NCBI RefSeq assembly: GCF_001194135.2
Contig: NC_068993.1
Span: forward strand, 56,275,906-56,339,905
Reading direction: 5' to 3'
Origin: Octopus bimaculoides
Lineage: Eukaryota
DNA length: 64,000 nt
A program made the position numbers and the translations under genes. Under the pieces are notes generated by a model. The model saw only the letters and a program-made list of their open reading frames with translations. It was not told the DNA's origin and did not search any database. Shown piece by piece: positions 38,279 to 52,301 of the stretch (position 1 is the first letter of the stretch; each line of letters opens with the position of its first letter).

Positions 38279-41200
38279 GATATATAAACCATGAAGCTCT
38301 GATACAACATACTTGTCTGTATGAATGATATACAGACTACAAAATGGTCTCTGTAAATGGTGTAGAGATCACAGAATTTGTTTGTAAAAAATGGTATTTA
38401 GACCAAAGACTTGCCCATCCCCAACCATTAAAAAAGAAAGAGATTTTTGTTTTTTTACCATTAACAAGAGAAAAAAAGCAAAAAGAAAGCAAATAACTAA
38501 GTATCCATATAATTCTTTTGTCATGATTTTGCTTAAGATTGATTAAGCATGGCAATTTCTGTCTCTTATCCTTACTCTGTAAGAAACACTGAGCCAAACG
38601 GTATACAGACCAGAGATGTCTCTATGTACGATATATAAGACCACAGACTTGTTAAACTAAATGGTATAGTCCACAGAGTTGTCTAAATGGCTTGTGTACC
38701 AAGGTCTTAACTGACAGAAAGATATAAAGGTTTTAGACCTATCCAGTGAAAAAGTGTATACACAACAGACTTGTTTAACTGAATGGTTTAGAAAACAGAC
38801 TTATCAAACTGAAGGGTATAGACCACAAGCTTGTCTAACTGAAGGGTATAGACCACAAGCTTGTCTAACTGAAGGGTATAGACCACAAGCTTGTCTAACT
38901 GAAGGGTATAGACCACAAGCTTGTCTAACTGAAGGGTATAGACNNNNNNNNNNNNNNNNNNNNNNNNNNNNNNNNNNNNNNNNNNNNNNNNNNNNNNNNN
39001 NNNNNNNNNNNNNNNNNNNNNNNNNNNNNNNNNNNNNNNNNNNNNNNNNNNNNNNNNNNNNNNNNNNNNNNNNNNNNNNNNNNNNNNNNNNNNNNNNNNN
39101 NNNNNNNNNNNNNNNNNNNNNNNNNNNNNNNNNNNNNNNNNNNNNNNNNNNNNNNNNNNNNNNNNNNNNNNNNNNNNNNNNNNNNNNNNNNNNNNNNNNN
39201 NNNNNNNNNNNNNNNNNNNNNNNNNNNNNNNNNNNNNNNNNNNNNNNNNNNNNNNNNNNNNNNNNNNNNNNNNNNNNNNNNNNNNNNNNNNNNNNNNNNN
39301 NNNNNNNNNNNNNNNNNNNNNNNNNNNNNNNNNNNNNNNNNNNNNNNNNNNNNNNNNNNNNNNNNNNNNNNNNNNNNNNNNNNNNNNNNNNNNNNNNNNN
39401 NNNNNNNNNNNNNNNNNNNNNNNNNNNNNNNNNNNNNNNNNNNNNNNNNNNNNNNNNNNNNNNNNNNNNNNNNNNNNNNNNNNNNNNNNNNNNNNNNNNN
39501 NNNNNNNNNNNNNNNNNNNNNNNNNNNNNNNNNNNNNNNNNNNNNNNNNNNNNNNNNNNNNNNNNNNNNNNNNNNNNNNNNNNNNNNNNNNNNNNNNNNN
39601 NNNNNNNNNNNNNNNNNNNNNNNNNNNNNNNNNNNNNNNNNNNNNNNNNNNNNNNNNNNNNNNNNNNNNNNNNNNNNNNNNNNNNNNNNNNNNNNNNNNN
39701 NNNNNNNNNNNNNNNNNNNNNNNNNNNNNNNNNNNNNNNNNNNNNNNNNTAACTGAAGGGTACAGACAACAGACTTGTCTAACTGAAGGGTACAGACAAC
39801 AGACTTGTCTAACTGAAGGGTACAGACAACAGACTTGTCTAACTGAAGGGTACAGACAACAGACTTGTCTAACTGAAGGGTACAGACAACAGACTTGTCT
39901 AACTGAATGGTACATAAGCCACTAGACCCTGACTTGTCTATATCAATACTAGACAACAAGCGTCTAATTCAATTTCCAGTCCATATATTTACACTCGACC
40001 AAACAAAATCATAAGAAACCAGAGCTTAAATGTTACCCAACTAAACAATAGAGTCCAAAGAACGATAAAGAGCTAGGGTACTTACCAGAGGTAGTTTTCA
40101 CTACTTCATTTATGGTACCATCAACACCTTTTTCATTTTCAGCGTAGGCAAGTAAGAGAGACTTTTGTGATTGAGTTAACGATCTGTAAGAGACAACAGT
40201 CAAAATATTTTATTTAGGTACAGGCACTAATATTCAGGTCTTCTACACCTTCATCGACAGTAACAACAACAATAATAATGATAATCAATATTATAAAAAA
40301 ACTAGATCATGCATTCACTGTCACTACTTCCATCATAGATGTTAGCAGTGTGGGAGGCAAGTTGGATGTAGGTATAAAGAGAACACAATTCTTCGCACAT
40401 GGTCAGATGTATGTTGCATTATCAAAAGCATCAAGAAAAGGAAATATAAAAATATTAACTGAGATAAATGAAAAGGGGTCCATTTGCTGACAAGTTGTGT
40501 CTGCAAAAAAAGATTCTACAGTGATGTGAGACATTCATTACTCTCTTTTAATTGAAACGTATTTAAGTTTCTTTTTAATTGCTATGAAAGGGACACTAGA
40601 AACACTTAAGACATCTATAAGTGAATATAATGAAACAACAATATAGCAAAACTCAACTCTTCATATTGGTAAATGTAATTCATTGATTCCAACTAGAGAA
40701 TCTATTTTCAAATTCACTCAAGTGAAGAATTCATGAACATTTTCCATTGACAGTCTCATCTCTTTCCCAATTTTCATTATCGTATTTTTTAAATGTATCA
40801 TGGATTATTTTACTGATTACGGAAAAAACTATAACAGAGTCTTTGTTCAATTCATGAGCACTTTGTCAATTTACTCTATAATTTATGTGATCCTCCGACT
40901 GTGAGTCCACTGCCCTAACCACTGGACCATTTCGCCTCCGCTAGTAATAATAATAATAGTAAAATTTATGTATACTTACTTAGGTATAGAAATATGTATA
41001 TGCACAATATGATCACCAAACCCTGAACTGTTCACTCTTGATATTCCTTTCCTTGGTAGTCTAATATAATCATGTGACTGTGTTCCTGCTGGGATCTGGG
41101 ACAAGAAAAGAAGAGAACCTCAGGTGAATCAAACAGGACGGAAGGTGGGTGGGAGCTAGATGGACATTCCAGCATTTTATCAAGGTTAAGAAGAGGGTGG

Positions 41201-44143
41201 TTTCTAGTGGGGTGGTGCATAATTATTGCAGCCTTTTTTCAACAAATTTTATTCAACAAAAACAATAACAATATTTAACAAAAAATATCTTTAAATGACG
41301 GTCTGGCAGTCTGCCAAGCAAATGGGAAGCAGTAATTGAAGTAGATGGTGAATATGCTCCAGAATAATCGTTTAAAGATGTTTTAGTTACATGTTATTGT
41401 TTTTGTTGAATAAAATTTATTGAAAAAAAACCCCAATAATTATGCACCCACCCAATATATTATTCGTTTCTCTTGCCATTCCAACCCCACCAACATCAGA
41501 TCATATAAGTGTCATTGATGAGCTAAACTATGAATGACTTACATCCTCAACCACAGACCTTCTTTATCATCATCCTCATCATCATCTAATGTCCACTTTT
41601 CCATGCTTGCAATGGTCAGATGGAATTCGTCGAGGCAGAATTCTTGTTCTCAACCCTCACTTGTTTTGAAGTAAGATATTTTCCCATAGCTAGACATGTT
41701 TTTCACAGAAGACTAGAAACGAACAACCTTGCTTAGAACATGATGACAAGACAAGGGCACACACACACACACATACACATCATATATATATATGAATGAT
41801 AGGCTTCTTTCAGTTTCCTTCTAGCAAATTCACTCCCAAGGCTTTGGTTGTCAAAGGTGCTGTGCAGTGGGACTGAACCCAAAACAACATGGCTATGATG
41901 CAAGCTCCTTAACCACACAGCCACCCCTATGCCTTTGAAACTTAAAACATCACACATATCCAATAACCCCTCAAGTCAATGCAGGATGTCAGTGGCTGAC
42001 ATCCAGTCCTTAACTAAGACACTTGTTTACCTAAAAAGTTGCAAAAGTCTTTCACTCAAGAAATACTGGTTGGGGCAAAAAGAATCCCCCCACACATACA
42101 CACATTAAAGAAAGTGATAAAAATGTCTCTAGTAATCACTGGATGACTTACTTTCAGTGAGAGTGTCTCATAAATTCCTTGGATCTTCTTGGAACCACCT
42201 AGAACTGCCTGTGATAAACTGATGTGAACATTACTGTGAACATCAGCACCATCACGCCAAAACTGTTTACTTTTGGAAACCTGAAACATAACATTACAGA
42301 TAAGTAGTGGTAGTAGTAGTAATAGAAGTGGTGGTAATTCTAATTCTAAGCTTTCCATGTTCCCAAATGGTTAAGAAATTTGATTCCCAGCTATGAATCC
42401 CTTGGTCCATCCCCACCCAGCATGGTTGGTGTCTTGAGTTCATATCTCCCAATACAGCTTCCAATCAGTCACATGATTCTAGATGCAAGAAGAGGGAATC
42501 GTTGACCGAATCAAACCTGTAAAGTGTTGACATTTGTCACCAGGGAGATAAAAAAAACCAACTGATTTACACATGGCAAGAGAGATTTTGGAAGCCAGGT
42601 TGTAGATTATTGAAGCTATTTCAATATTTGACTAGTGCTTATTTTAACAGGCCCTGGAATGATGAAAGGCAAAGCTGGTCTTGGCAGGCTTGAACTCAGT
42701 ATTAAACATAAAATTGAGTTACACTCTTCTATGTGCAGTACTGGTTTTGTCATTTCACTGCTCTCTGATTTTGGTACATAAGAGAGTTTACAGTTAATTA
42801 ATACTGACCCCAAGGCATGACTGGTATTTATTTTTACTGAACCTGGCAGAATTTGCTTTCAGAATGTAAAAGAATGTAATAACTAAATACCACATGGGGT
42901 CTAGTACAGAACTCTACATGTTCTGCTAACCACAACAACACACCTACTACAGCCACCACCAAGAGTGACTAATGTCAAAACAAAAGTTCCAATGAACTCA
43001 CCTTAAATGTAATGAAAATTTCCTGAGTCCCAACTGACATCCGTACCGTTTGACCATCTTCCACACCTGAGGACAAATACATTACAGTCATTTGTTTTGC
43101 TTTACATTCAGTTTTTTTTCTGTGTTAGTGAAGAAGAAGCACTCCATCGGTTACGACATCAAGTGTCCCAGCTGATACAATTAATGGAACAGCCTGCTCA
43201 TGAAATTAACGTGCAAGTGGCTGAGCACTCCACAGACACATGTACCCTTAACATAGTTCTCGGGGATATTCAGCGTGACACAGAGTGTGACAAGGCTGGC
43301 TCTTTGAAATACACGTACTACTTATTTTTGTCAGCTGAGTGGACTGGACCAATGTGCATCGCTGGGAACTGAACTCACGACCTTATGATGAGGCGAATGC
43401 CCTAACCACTAAGCCATGCACCCTCACGAGTTAGTACAGGTTACATGAATATATATTACTGAGGAAGTGTTTTACAGCTGGAGACCCTTCCTGTTGCTAA
43501 CTTTTGTTTTTCAAGTAAAGGATTCTGTTGCCAGGGAAATGTCAATAAGTCTCAGCACTTGTAAACAGTCATTTACGTTCAGTTTCCATCTACCAAATTC
43601 ACTCACAAGCCATTGGTTAGTCTGAAGTCACAGTAGAAGGCACTGACACAAAATGCAACTGAACTGGAAACCAAACAGACTTCTTAAATACAGCCATACA
43701 TGGAGCTCCAGCATGGTCTCAGTCAAATGACTGAACCAAAATAATAAAAGAACACACACACACACACACATATAGGCAGACTGAAACGGTAGAATTTGAA
43801 GTGGTCTGTGCTGGCAAGATTCAGTTTATAAAATTCAAAAGACAGAAAATACTCAGAGTTAAATAGTTTTGTAAGGGACTATAATACTATCCTTATATAT
43901 GAAACTCCCACATTTTTTAAACCTAATTTTTGACAAAAAAGGGTTCCTTATACACATTAAAATATGGTACATATGATTAAGGAATTGTTTAAAGCTGGAT
44001 GCCCTTTCAAGTAAGGGATTACCTCACTTGTCTTTGAAAGGGTAGAATTACTTGGTAATTTGTTAACTGGGAAATTCAACGAATGGGATCATCCACACCA
44101 GTCAACTATCAATTCTTGAAATCCAAAGCCTAAAACAACAACA

Positions 44144-44199
<56 letters not shown>

Positions 44200-44769
44200 C
44201 ACTACCACCACCACCACCACCATACTTACCTGCGGGTACAGGAACTGTGAGTTTTTTCCGTAGAATCATCTGACCTTTGCCCGCACATTCTGAACAAGGA
44301 TGGCTGATAAGGACCTTTGTACCATGACACTTCCGACAGGTAGTCTGCATTACAAATGGTCCGGTGCTAACCGTTTCCTGTTTACAAGAAAGAAAGAGAG
44401 AGAATAGTGAAGAGTAATATCACTTGACGGTTCAAGGGCTGTAGCACTTCCAATATACAAAGGCAAGGACTGAACACACAACTATATTCTCTAAAAGGGG
44501 AAGATATGAGGGGGGGGGGTGCTGAAAAGTTCCTGGCTTTAAGGGTATTGCAAAAGGCCTGGTTGGAGGCCCAACATTTGGAGTTCTTTTAGAGGGATTA
44601 GAAAAACTGAAGGACAGCTGCAATAAGTGTGTGAACCTGTGAGGGGAATACGTTGGATAAAAATCATAATTAACTGGTCGTCCTGTATTTTCTTTTACCC
44701 AAAGCCAGGAATTTTTCAGCAGCACCTCATGTATACATATACATAGCTGTATATGTAATAAGAGAAGGA

Positions 44770-44845
<76 letters not shown>

Positions 44846-47800
44846 TTGGTGCTTGTAGATCTGTCACTCTGGTTGCCACAAACACACAGAGACAGAGTCA
44901 GAAACACATAGAACATAGAGACACTAAGAAGCACATACAGACACACACACACACACACACAGAGGCAGAAACACTTAGAAGCACACGCATACAAGGAGAA
45001 ACACATAGAAGCACACACACACACAAGGGGAAACACATAGAAGAACATAGAGACACTAAGAAGGACACACAGACACATGCACAGAGAGGCAAAATCACTT
45101 AGAAGCACACACAAACACATAGAAGCACCCAGAGACATATTCAGAAATAAAAGCTGCCTGTACTTACCACTCCAGTTCCGTTACAGAAATGGCACCTGAC
45201 AGGTTTGGTGCCAGGTTCTGCCTTCTTACCACCACACTTTGGACATAAGTCTTTCACATTGACACTGATGTCTTTGTTGATGCCGCGTGCAGCCTCTTCA
45301 AATGTTATATTCATGTAAAACTAGAGAATTAAATTAAAAAAAAAAAATCAGAAACAGATATCAACTAAAATACATGTGACATTCATGCCATTCTCAATAC
45401 ATTAGTAAATAACAGGACATTCTTTATAAGCCTGGTACTTATTCTATTGATCTCTTTTGCTGAATTGCTAAGTTATGGGGACGTAAATGCATCAGCATCG
45501 GTTTTCAAGCGATGGTGGGGGGTGGCCAAACACAGACACAGAAACATACACGCACACACACATAATGATAAAAGCAATATAGGTAGAACCACTCTCAAAA
45601 ATCTATCAAATGACAGACTCAACCTCAGTGGAAACTAAATTTAAAACAGAGACAATAAGTAGGATGTTGTAAATTATCATTTGCTTCTTTATTATCAATG
45701 GTGATGATGATGATAATGATGATGATGATGATAAAGGTATTATAAATTTATTTTACCTCGGAAGCTGGTGCAAAACCGAATTTTGATTCTTCAAAATCTT
45801 GAAAATTACCAAAGCCAGACATTTTAAAGCCGGCGTCACCAAATATTTTTCTGAACAGTTCTTCAGGGTTAATTGTACTTTGGAAATTCTCAAAACCTTA
45901 AGAGAGACAAGAAGACACAATATAAAAGAAAGAGAAAGAGAGAGAGTGTGTGCGAGAGAGAGATTGTTTGGAAATATAATTACTCAGTTCTAAAGGAAGG
46001 ATGTAGTGGCTGAAAGGTTGCGGTGGTGGACTACTGATGCAAAATAGGTGAAAAGTTCAAAGGTTGAGAGTCACTGTTGTTCATCAGGAAGTTGAGGAAT
46101 TCTATGTAGTTATGTGATCCCATCCACCAGGTGTTAGACATCTCTTTAAGGAAACTACCATCCAACTCTTGTTAGATGGCTATTTATCTAAGCCTCACAG
46201 TAACTACTAATCTGTCACCAGTGAAATGTAGATTATAACCTGACCAGACAAACTGACAGGTAGATGATAGTGTGAGACAGTTGATCAGATTACAAGTTCA
46301 ACTTTAAGAACAAGTTAATCTTGCAAGGTTAATACTGACACAAGGCAGTACAGAAGGACTAATACTCAGTCTTTTAAAAGCTAAATCTCCTGCCAAAAAC
46401 TGCCTGCCTGGTGGCACTGTCTGTTTCATCTCTTGAACAGAAAGGCCTCCTTACAAGGATTTGTCTTTCCCTTCAGAGCCAGAAAACACTTCAATTCCCA
46501 AGAATGACTAAATACCTTCTACAAAGCTCAGGTGAGAGCCACAATGCAATACTATTTCCATAACTGGAATGATGCTACTGACACACATACAAGCATTCTA
46601 CACCGTATCTAAAGAAAAAAAAACCACCAATCAGATTGGCATGAACTTTCCCACAAACACCCTCTGTCTGGCTCACAGAAGTGCTGTCCCCATTTTGTCT
46701 TTCCTGTCAGTATTTCAAAGGACTCTTTTCAGAGCTAGCTGCTTTCTTGTCAGTTGCACTCGTCTCTCCTACTCTCCCTGCTCACATTCTGTCCAATTTA
46801 TTAGCGCCACATTAATCACACTGAATAGTTTTTGCTTTTCCAGAACATTTGACCTCTGAGAATCCCTCCCCCAGTCTCCAACTTGCAAACATCCAAGTGG
46901 GATGTTAATGGTATCAATCTCTTTACCTGATTGCGTACTGCCAAATCCATGTGATCTTTGATTGCCAGCAAAACCACTCTGTCCAGACATTCCAAACAAG
47001 TCATACTGTTTCCTTTTTTCAACATCTCCAAGAACCTGTGAAGAAAATCCAATACGATTTCATTTATCTCTGACACAAAGATACGTTTCGCAGGCAGGGT
47101 GACATACATCCAACCAGAGTAATTAACCACAACAGATGAACATGCAGGGGCAGAGATTTATCATTCATTAGTTTATCATCTGTAGCTGTCATTCACTCAA
47201 GGTCTAACCCAGGGGTCCCCAAACTTTTTAGACCATCGACCCCTTCATGGAATCCTTGACCCCCCCCATCCCGGCATGTACAAGAAAATGAATAATAATA
47301 ATTAAGTAGATGTGCATTTATTGAACCCTTGAATAGTCCCATCGACCCCCAGGGGTTGATACTGATCCCTTTGGAAACTCCTGGTTTAACCCTTTAGCAT
47401 TCAGATTATTCTATCAAATGTAATGCTTCACATTCATCATTTAACGTCCACTTTCCCATGCTGGTATGGGTTGGATGGCTTGACATGGAGCTGGCTAACA
47501 GGGAGCTGTCCAGACTCCAGTTATCTGTTGTGGCATGGTTTCTCCGGCTATAACAGAAGACACCTGCCCAAGGTGCCACACAGTGGAACTGAACCCAGAA
47601 TCATGTGGTTGGGAAGCAAGCTTCTTACCATACAACCACGCCTGTATATTTTTAGAATGACACTGAAGGATAGGTGTGACAGGCTGGATCTGGCTGGTTT
47701 GAGCATAAAAACAGGTAGCATATTTGGGCAGGATATGGCCGGTCTAAATGCTGAAGGGTCAACAGGCATTGATTTAACATGACACAGCGTAATATCACAT

Positions 47801-48396
47801 CATGTAAATTATGTAAGAACTTACCTCATAGGCTTCGGAGACTTCTTGAAACTTCTTAGCAGCGGTAGGATCGTTCTTGTTGACATCTGGATGATATTTC
47901 TTGGCCAACTGCACAGTAGATAGAATAGGAAATGAAGGACATTTGTGTATATGTGCATGTTGAATGAATGTGGGCACGTGTCTGTGTGTGTGTGCATGCA
48001 TATGTTAACCTGAGAAATTATGACTTTGTTCCCATGAAGTTAATAGCATTCACTTAGGCTCTTTACAGCGATCATTTATGATTTTGGTGAGACAATAAAA
48101 ACAATATCTCTTTTGATCATAGTGATTTCCAAGTGCAATTTCTGAGGCATTAGGAAATTAACGAAGGTTATTTGCCAAGGATGCAGCATAAATGAGAACA
48201 AGAACCAATTTTCAGCTGCATGACAAGTAAACATTGGAGTTTGGCACAGTCATCTGGCTCATTGACTCCTATCGTACTGCATTAACTTTGGATATCCTTG
48301 CTGCTTATTTTGATTTTGATCACCTTATTTTGAAATTGTATGAATAATACCATACTTAAGTCTGGTGCCTAAACTTAAGTACCATATTCACCTTGA

Positions 48397-48433
<37 letters not shown>

Positions 48434-48987
48434 ATGATCAAACAGACTCCAAAGACACTGGTGTTGTGTTGGTGTTGGTCTGCACCAGCAAGACTGATAT
48501 TATTTAAGAAAATTGACAAAAATCATAGTGACCTTGCCATGGAGAGTGGGAAAATCTAACATTTGGACGGAGTCCTTCTTTAAGGAAAGTTGACAGGAGA
48601 GAAATTAATAAGAGACAGAGTTTTACATCATCTACGTTGGAAAAAAAAAAAAAAATTGGCTGCAACTGATAAAGAACGCAAGACCAAAGGAACTTCATAC
48701 ATGAACAGGAAGTAGTAGGAGAGAGAAACAGTGCGAGAAAGGTAGAAAGAAAGAGGAATGGAATGGAGAGAAAATGAGAGAGAAGAGAAGCAGTCGATAA
48801 GAACAAGGTTAGACAAAGCCAGTAGTAAAGAATTGAGCACAAACCCGATAATAAGCTTGTTTTATTTCCTTTTGGTCAGCACTTTTGGAAACTCCTAAGA
48901 CATTGTAATAATCCTGTTTGTTGAGAGTCTGGCTTGAATGAATAAGTCGCGCATGTGTTGTTGGTATTAAAGATTTCTTCAGTTTTT
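35019..48987 (-). CDS. DNAJA3: Mitochondrial DnaJ class A member 3 (Tid1); exons 48987..48845, 47908..47825, 47035..46927, 45896..45757, 45320..45168, 44377..44230, 43066..43002, 42280..42152, 41095..40980, 40183..40086, 35131..35019; N-terminal targeting exon not resolved
   Basis: J domain (DYYNVLGV...LAKKYHPD...[11 protein letters not shown]), G/F region ([11 protein letters not shown]), four CxxCxG motifs, C-terminal domains ([30 protein letters not shown]). All eleven exons join in frame with GT/AG. Confidence 0.95.
38130..39960. repeat. 30-bp minisatellite in the last DNAJA3 intron, spanning a gap, with decayed flanking units
   Basis: aactgaagggtatagaccacaagcttgtct repeats from 38807; aactgaagggtacagacaacagacttgtct x5 from 39751. 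Confidence 0.9.
38944..39749. other. Assembly gap (others at 2808-3336, 9395-9525, 11893-11938, 24511-25036, 26485-27019, 55679-56386, 57211-57220, 60440-60982)
   Basis: Runs of N. Confidence 0.99.
40300..40520 (+). mobile_element. Helitron PIF1-helicase C-terminal remnant in a DNAJA3 intron
   Basis: HAFTVT...[23 protein letters not shown] resembles the FxHGQLYVAxSRV motif. Confidence 0.65.
41205..41457 (+). mobile_element. Internally deleted mariner (MITE-like) with ~70-bp TIRs
   Basis: ggtgcataattattg...ttcaacaaaaacaataaca is mirrored at the right end; TA flanks; internal [16 protein letters not shown] is a mariner transposase C-terminus. Confidence 0.8.
44505..44733 (+). mobile_element. 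Second internally deleted mariner MITE
   Basis: TIR tgctgaaaagttcctggcttt / aaagccaggaatttttcagca (20/21 match); internal [20 protein letters not shown] resembles a mariner transposase C-terminus. Confidence 0.8.
44765..44845. repeat. (GA)n microsatellite, representative of many (GA), (TA), (CA), (CTA), (TCTA) and (CTGT) tracts
   Basis: Read directly; others at e.g. 38214-38271, 44141-44220, 52254-52298, 62466-62520. Confidence 0.95.
47210..47383. mobile_element. hAT-type MITE with 8-bp target-site duplication
   Basis: Ends caggggtccccaaa / tttggaaactcctg; flanks gtctaacc and gtttaacc (7/8 identical). Confidence 0.75.
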
Positions 48988-50279
48988 CTACAGAAAACGG
49001 CAAAAATAATATATAAATTGAAATATTTGAAAACAAAACAACAAATAAACTAGAGATGGCAAAATGTTAATTAAGAGTCAAAATGGTGGATTGTCAGAAT
49101 CAGTAGAGTGTGAAACGAAGGGTTTTGCAGTATTTGGTTAGAGTCCGAGTTCAAACCCCATTGGGATCAACTTTGCTTTTCATTAAAGAACCAATAAGGT
49201 TGTTCTGTACAGTGCAGCACAGAAGGGGTCCTCACTGCTCAATGTTGGGTCTGTTTGTGCAAAGTGATGAGTGAGAAGAGAGGGCAATTGAAGGGTGAGA
49301 AGGAGAAAGAAGAGAGAGCATGGAGGGAGTGGTGGCGCAATACTGGAATGGGGGAAGGAGTTTAAAGATGCTAGTATCAAGAATATAGCACAAAAAAATC
49401 CACAGCCTCATTCTTCAGCAAAATGCACACACACACACACACAAGCGTCCTACCGACTTTATTTCCTCATAACTTAGCAGAAAAACTCGGATTTTTTTTT
49501 AAATGAATGAGGTAACAAAGCCAACACGTATGAGTTTTCTGAAGCTCCTCTCCTTGTCACCCCACGGAATTTTTTTTTTTTTCAAAGCCAATTCCGATAT
49601 AATCGGAATCTACACCACCTGAAGCATATTTGTAGAAATTTTCATTAGAAAATATCCATTTTTCTGGAAGTTACAAGGGAAACACGACATATTGGGGAGG
49701 AGGGGAGCACTTCAATAAGTATGTCTAAACACACACACACAAACAGGGGCCATCACTGATATACTTCTGAAGTTGCAAAGACGAAACGAACTCCGACTTT
49801 TGAACTATCGCTAATAGCGAAAAGACGACGGACCGGCAAAATGGTTTGTGTCTTTGATGATGTAAAAAACCTAATGAGATCGATCATAAAGACAGAGTTA
49901 AGAAAGCAGATTTTATTTAATAACTTCAACAAGAATTTTAGACGAGAAACTTTACCTAATGCTGGGATATGCATTATAATAGATGAATTATATAACATAT
50001 AATTTACACACACACACACGCAGAAAACAAACAACTACAAGAGAGTTACTAGAAATAGCAACCAAATCTTTCTTAAAGCAAACATTAAATAATGTAGTCT
50101 GTCGTTTTATACTACAATAATAATAATAATAAAAGGGCGGGGCGGAATGGTCAGAGTTGAGATGACTTTAATCCTATGTTTATTTAATCAAAATCGATTT
50201 GGGATACACCACAAATGTGATTTACACACACACACGAACATACTATCATAGATACACGTGTGTGAAGAGATAGATTGAT

Positions 50280-50311
<32 letters not shown>

Positions 50312-50584
50312 TGTGTGTGTTATAGAAACAGGCACGCGGCTACCACAGTAGAAAAATAGAGGTCACCTCGTCAGGAAACTTCTAGTTTGACGTCATATTT
50401 ACTTTATAACGAATGATAAGGTAATAAAAGATTGTGGAGAGTCTGCATATATATATATATAGGGGTAGACTGGGTGATGAGGAGATGGGGCGTCGAGGAA
50501 GGCGGTGCGTAGTCCACGCTTTTCTCAAGGGCATTAATAGTCACGGACGGGGTGGCAAATCGAAACCGAACAGCGACTTTCGGA

Positions 50585-50690
50585 TCGGCCGGAACATCGC
50601 CCTATTCGCTTTATAGCAGCAGGGCGGCTTTCTGGTGTGAGATACATTGAAAATAAGATTGGATAGTCATGGCTAGAGCGCCGTGATCAA
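50585..50690 (-). promoter_or_regulatory. Candidate Pol II core promoter (CCAAT, GC box, TATAAA) oriented toward DNAJA3
   Basis: Minus strand reads tatccaatct...gccgccc...gcTATAAAgcg (TATA at 50615..50610). TGACGTCA and a GAAnnTTC-type motif lie near 50375-50396. Confidence 0.35.
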
Positions 50691-52254
50691 AAATCTATGT
50701 CAACAGTGTTGACCTTGGGATAACCAAATTCACCACCACTATTTACCGTTTTTTTTTTAAAATTTCATAAATATGTTCCACATCGTTTGAAGTAATGGAG
50801 GTGGAACGGCGAGAATGCATGAACGTCACACAATCACATTCCTACTCGGCAACCAACTTAGCAGGCGAATATGATTCTTAAGACAAGGTTTCGATTCTAT
50901 TAGGAATCCGTTTCAATAACTACTTTTCACTGTGTGTGTGTGTGTACTGTTATCATTATAGTTATTAATTGATAGAAATCAACCATAAATATTTAATCCA
51001 AGGCCGGTATTTTAAACGGAAGCCGTAAAAAGGGACGTAACTAGATATCGCAATACATGTGGTCCGGCGCTCGACCGATTTTGCACAAACATTAGCTCGG
51101 CTTGTCTCTCCGTAACTTCGACATAAATTCGAATATTTATAGGAGACAGAAGTGAAGGAAGATTAATTAATTAAATAATAAATCCTAGTAAATTACTGGT
51201 GGTTACGAAGCGACCCCACAACAAATCACTGAATTTGATTTTTGCTACGGGAGGTCACAGGTTGTGTAACCCCACGTCAACACAAATCGAGAAAACCAAC
51301 GAACGTCGGGATTCTAGCTATTACCACTCACACCAAGGGGATATCTAAAATTATTATATTATCAAATGTATCCTTCCGCTTATGATTGAATAGATAGATG
51401 TATCCTTGCGTTTGTGAGATTTGGCTGCTATATCTTGCAGCTCGAACCACCCTGTAGAAGCTCCTAGTTGAGCGTAATTTACATCGATTTTATACATTTC
51501 AGCCACAACTTCACCCTTTTCGAGAAAAATCTCTCTTGCCTCATGTCTCACTAACAAATAACTATAATATAAAAAATGGACAATAACAGTTGAAACATGT
51601 TGCGCAGTTATTGTTTCTCAGTCCTCGGTCAACCCAAATGAAGCTGACAACAAATAATCAAAATTAACTCGAGCCATGATCATCCCTCCCACACGTTTTT
51701 TTTAAAGACTACCAAGGGTTACAAAGTGTGATCTGAGACGAATTTAGCTGCTATTTATTCAACATGTCGAACGGTCATTGTGAGGCTCTCATATTGTTAG
51801 TAAGTCTTACAAAACTACGAAATAAATTCAAGGTAAACTGATATGGCAATGCGGTTTCACTCTCCGCCATACATTCCATAAACGATTAGCCTCGTCGAAA
51901 ATACAGGATATTTTATTACCAATGAAGTTCTTGGACCTGCTAGAAATAGCAGCTAAACGTCCTTCAACTCACACCCTATTGTCAAGGACACGTTTAATAA
52001 TATTATCCGAGGTACATTTAAAAAAGCTTGGATAGTCATGAATGGAATGTGCTTGATCATAGACGTGGTGTACCAAGAGATGACTTCAGGCTAAAACAAC
52101 ACCACGGAATCAACAGCACGTGTGTTGACTAACTACTTCCCGTTATCGAACATGCTGTTACATCTTATGAAAATGGATGGATCACATGTCAGATGGGCGA
52201 AATCTGTTTAAAGTCAGAATTAAAATTCAATGCAAGGATAGACATTGTTTTATA

Positions 52255-52301
<47 letters not shown>

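Noticed and set aside
38754-39959. Repetitive ORFs ([10 protein letters not shown])n and possible CRISPR-like array
   Set aside because: Direct 30-bp tandem units with no unique spacers, inside an intron, in a eukaryote without cas genes; the ORFs are by-products.
44716-45138. 140-aa minus-strand ORF rich in LS/CV repeats
   Set aside because: Microsatellite translation within a DNAJA3 intron.
44230-45320. CxxCxGxK instead of CxxCxGxG in two DNAJA3 zinc motifs
   Set aside because: All Cys are retained, and as I recall similar variants occur in other invertebrate Tid1 proteins.
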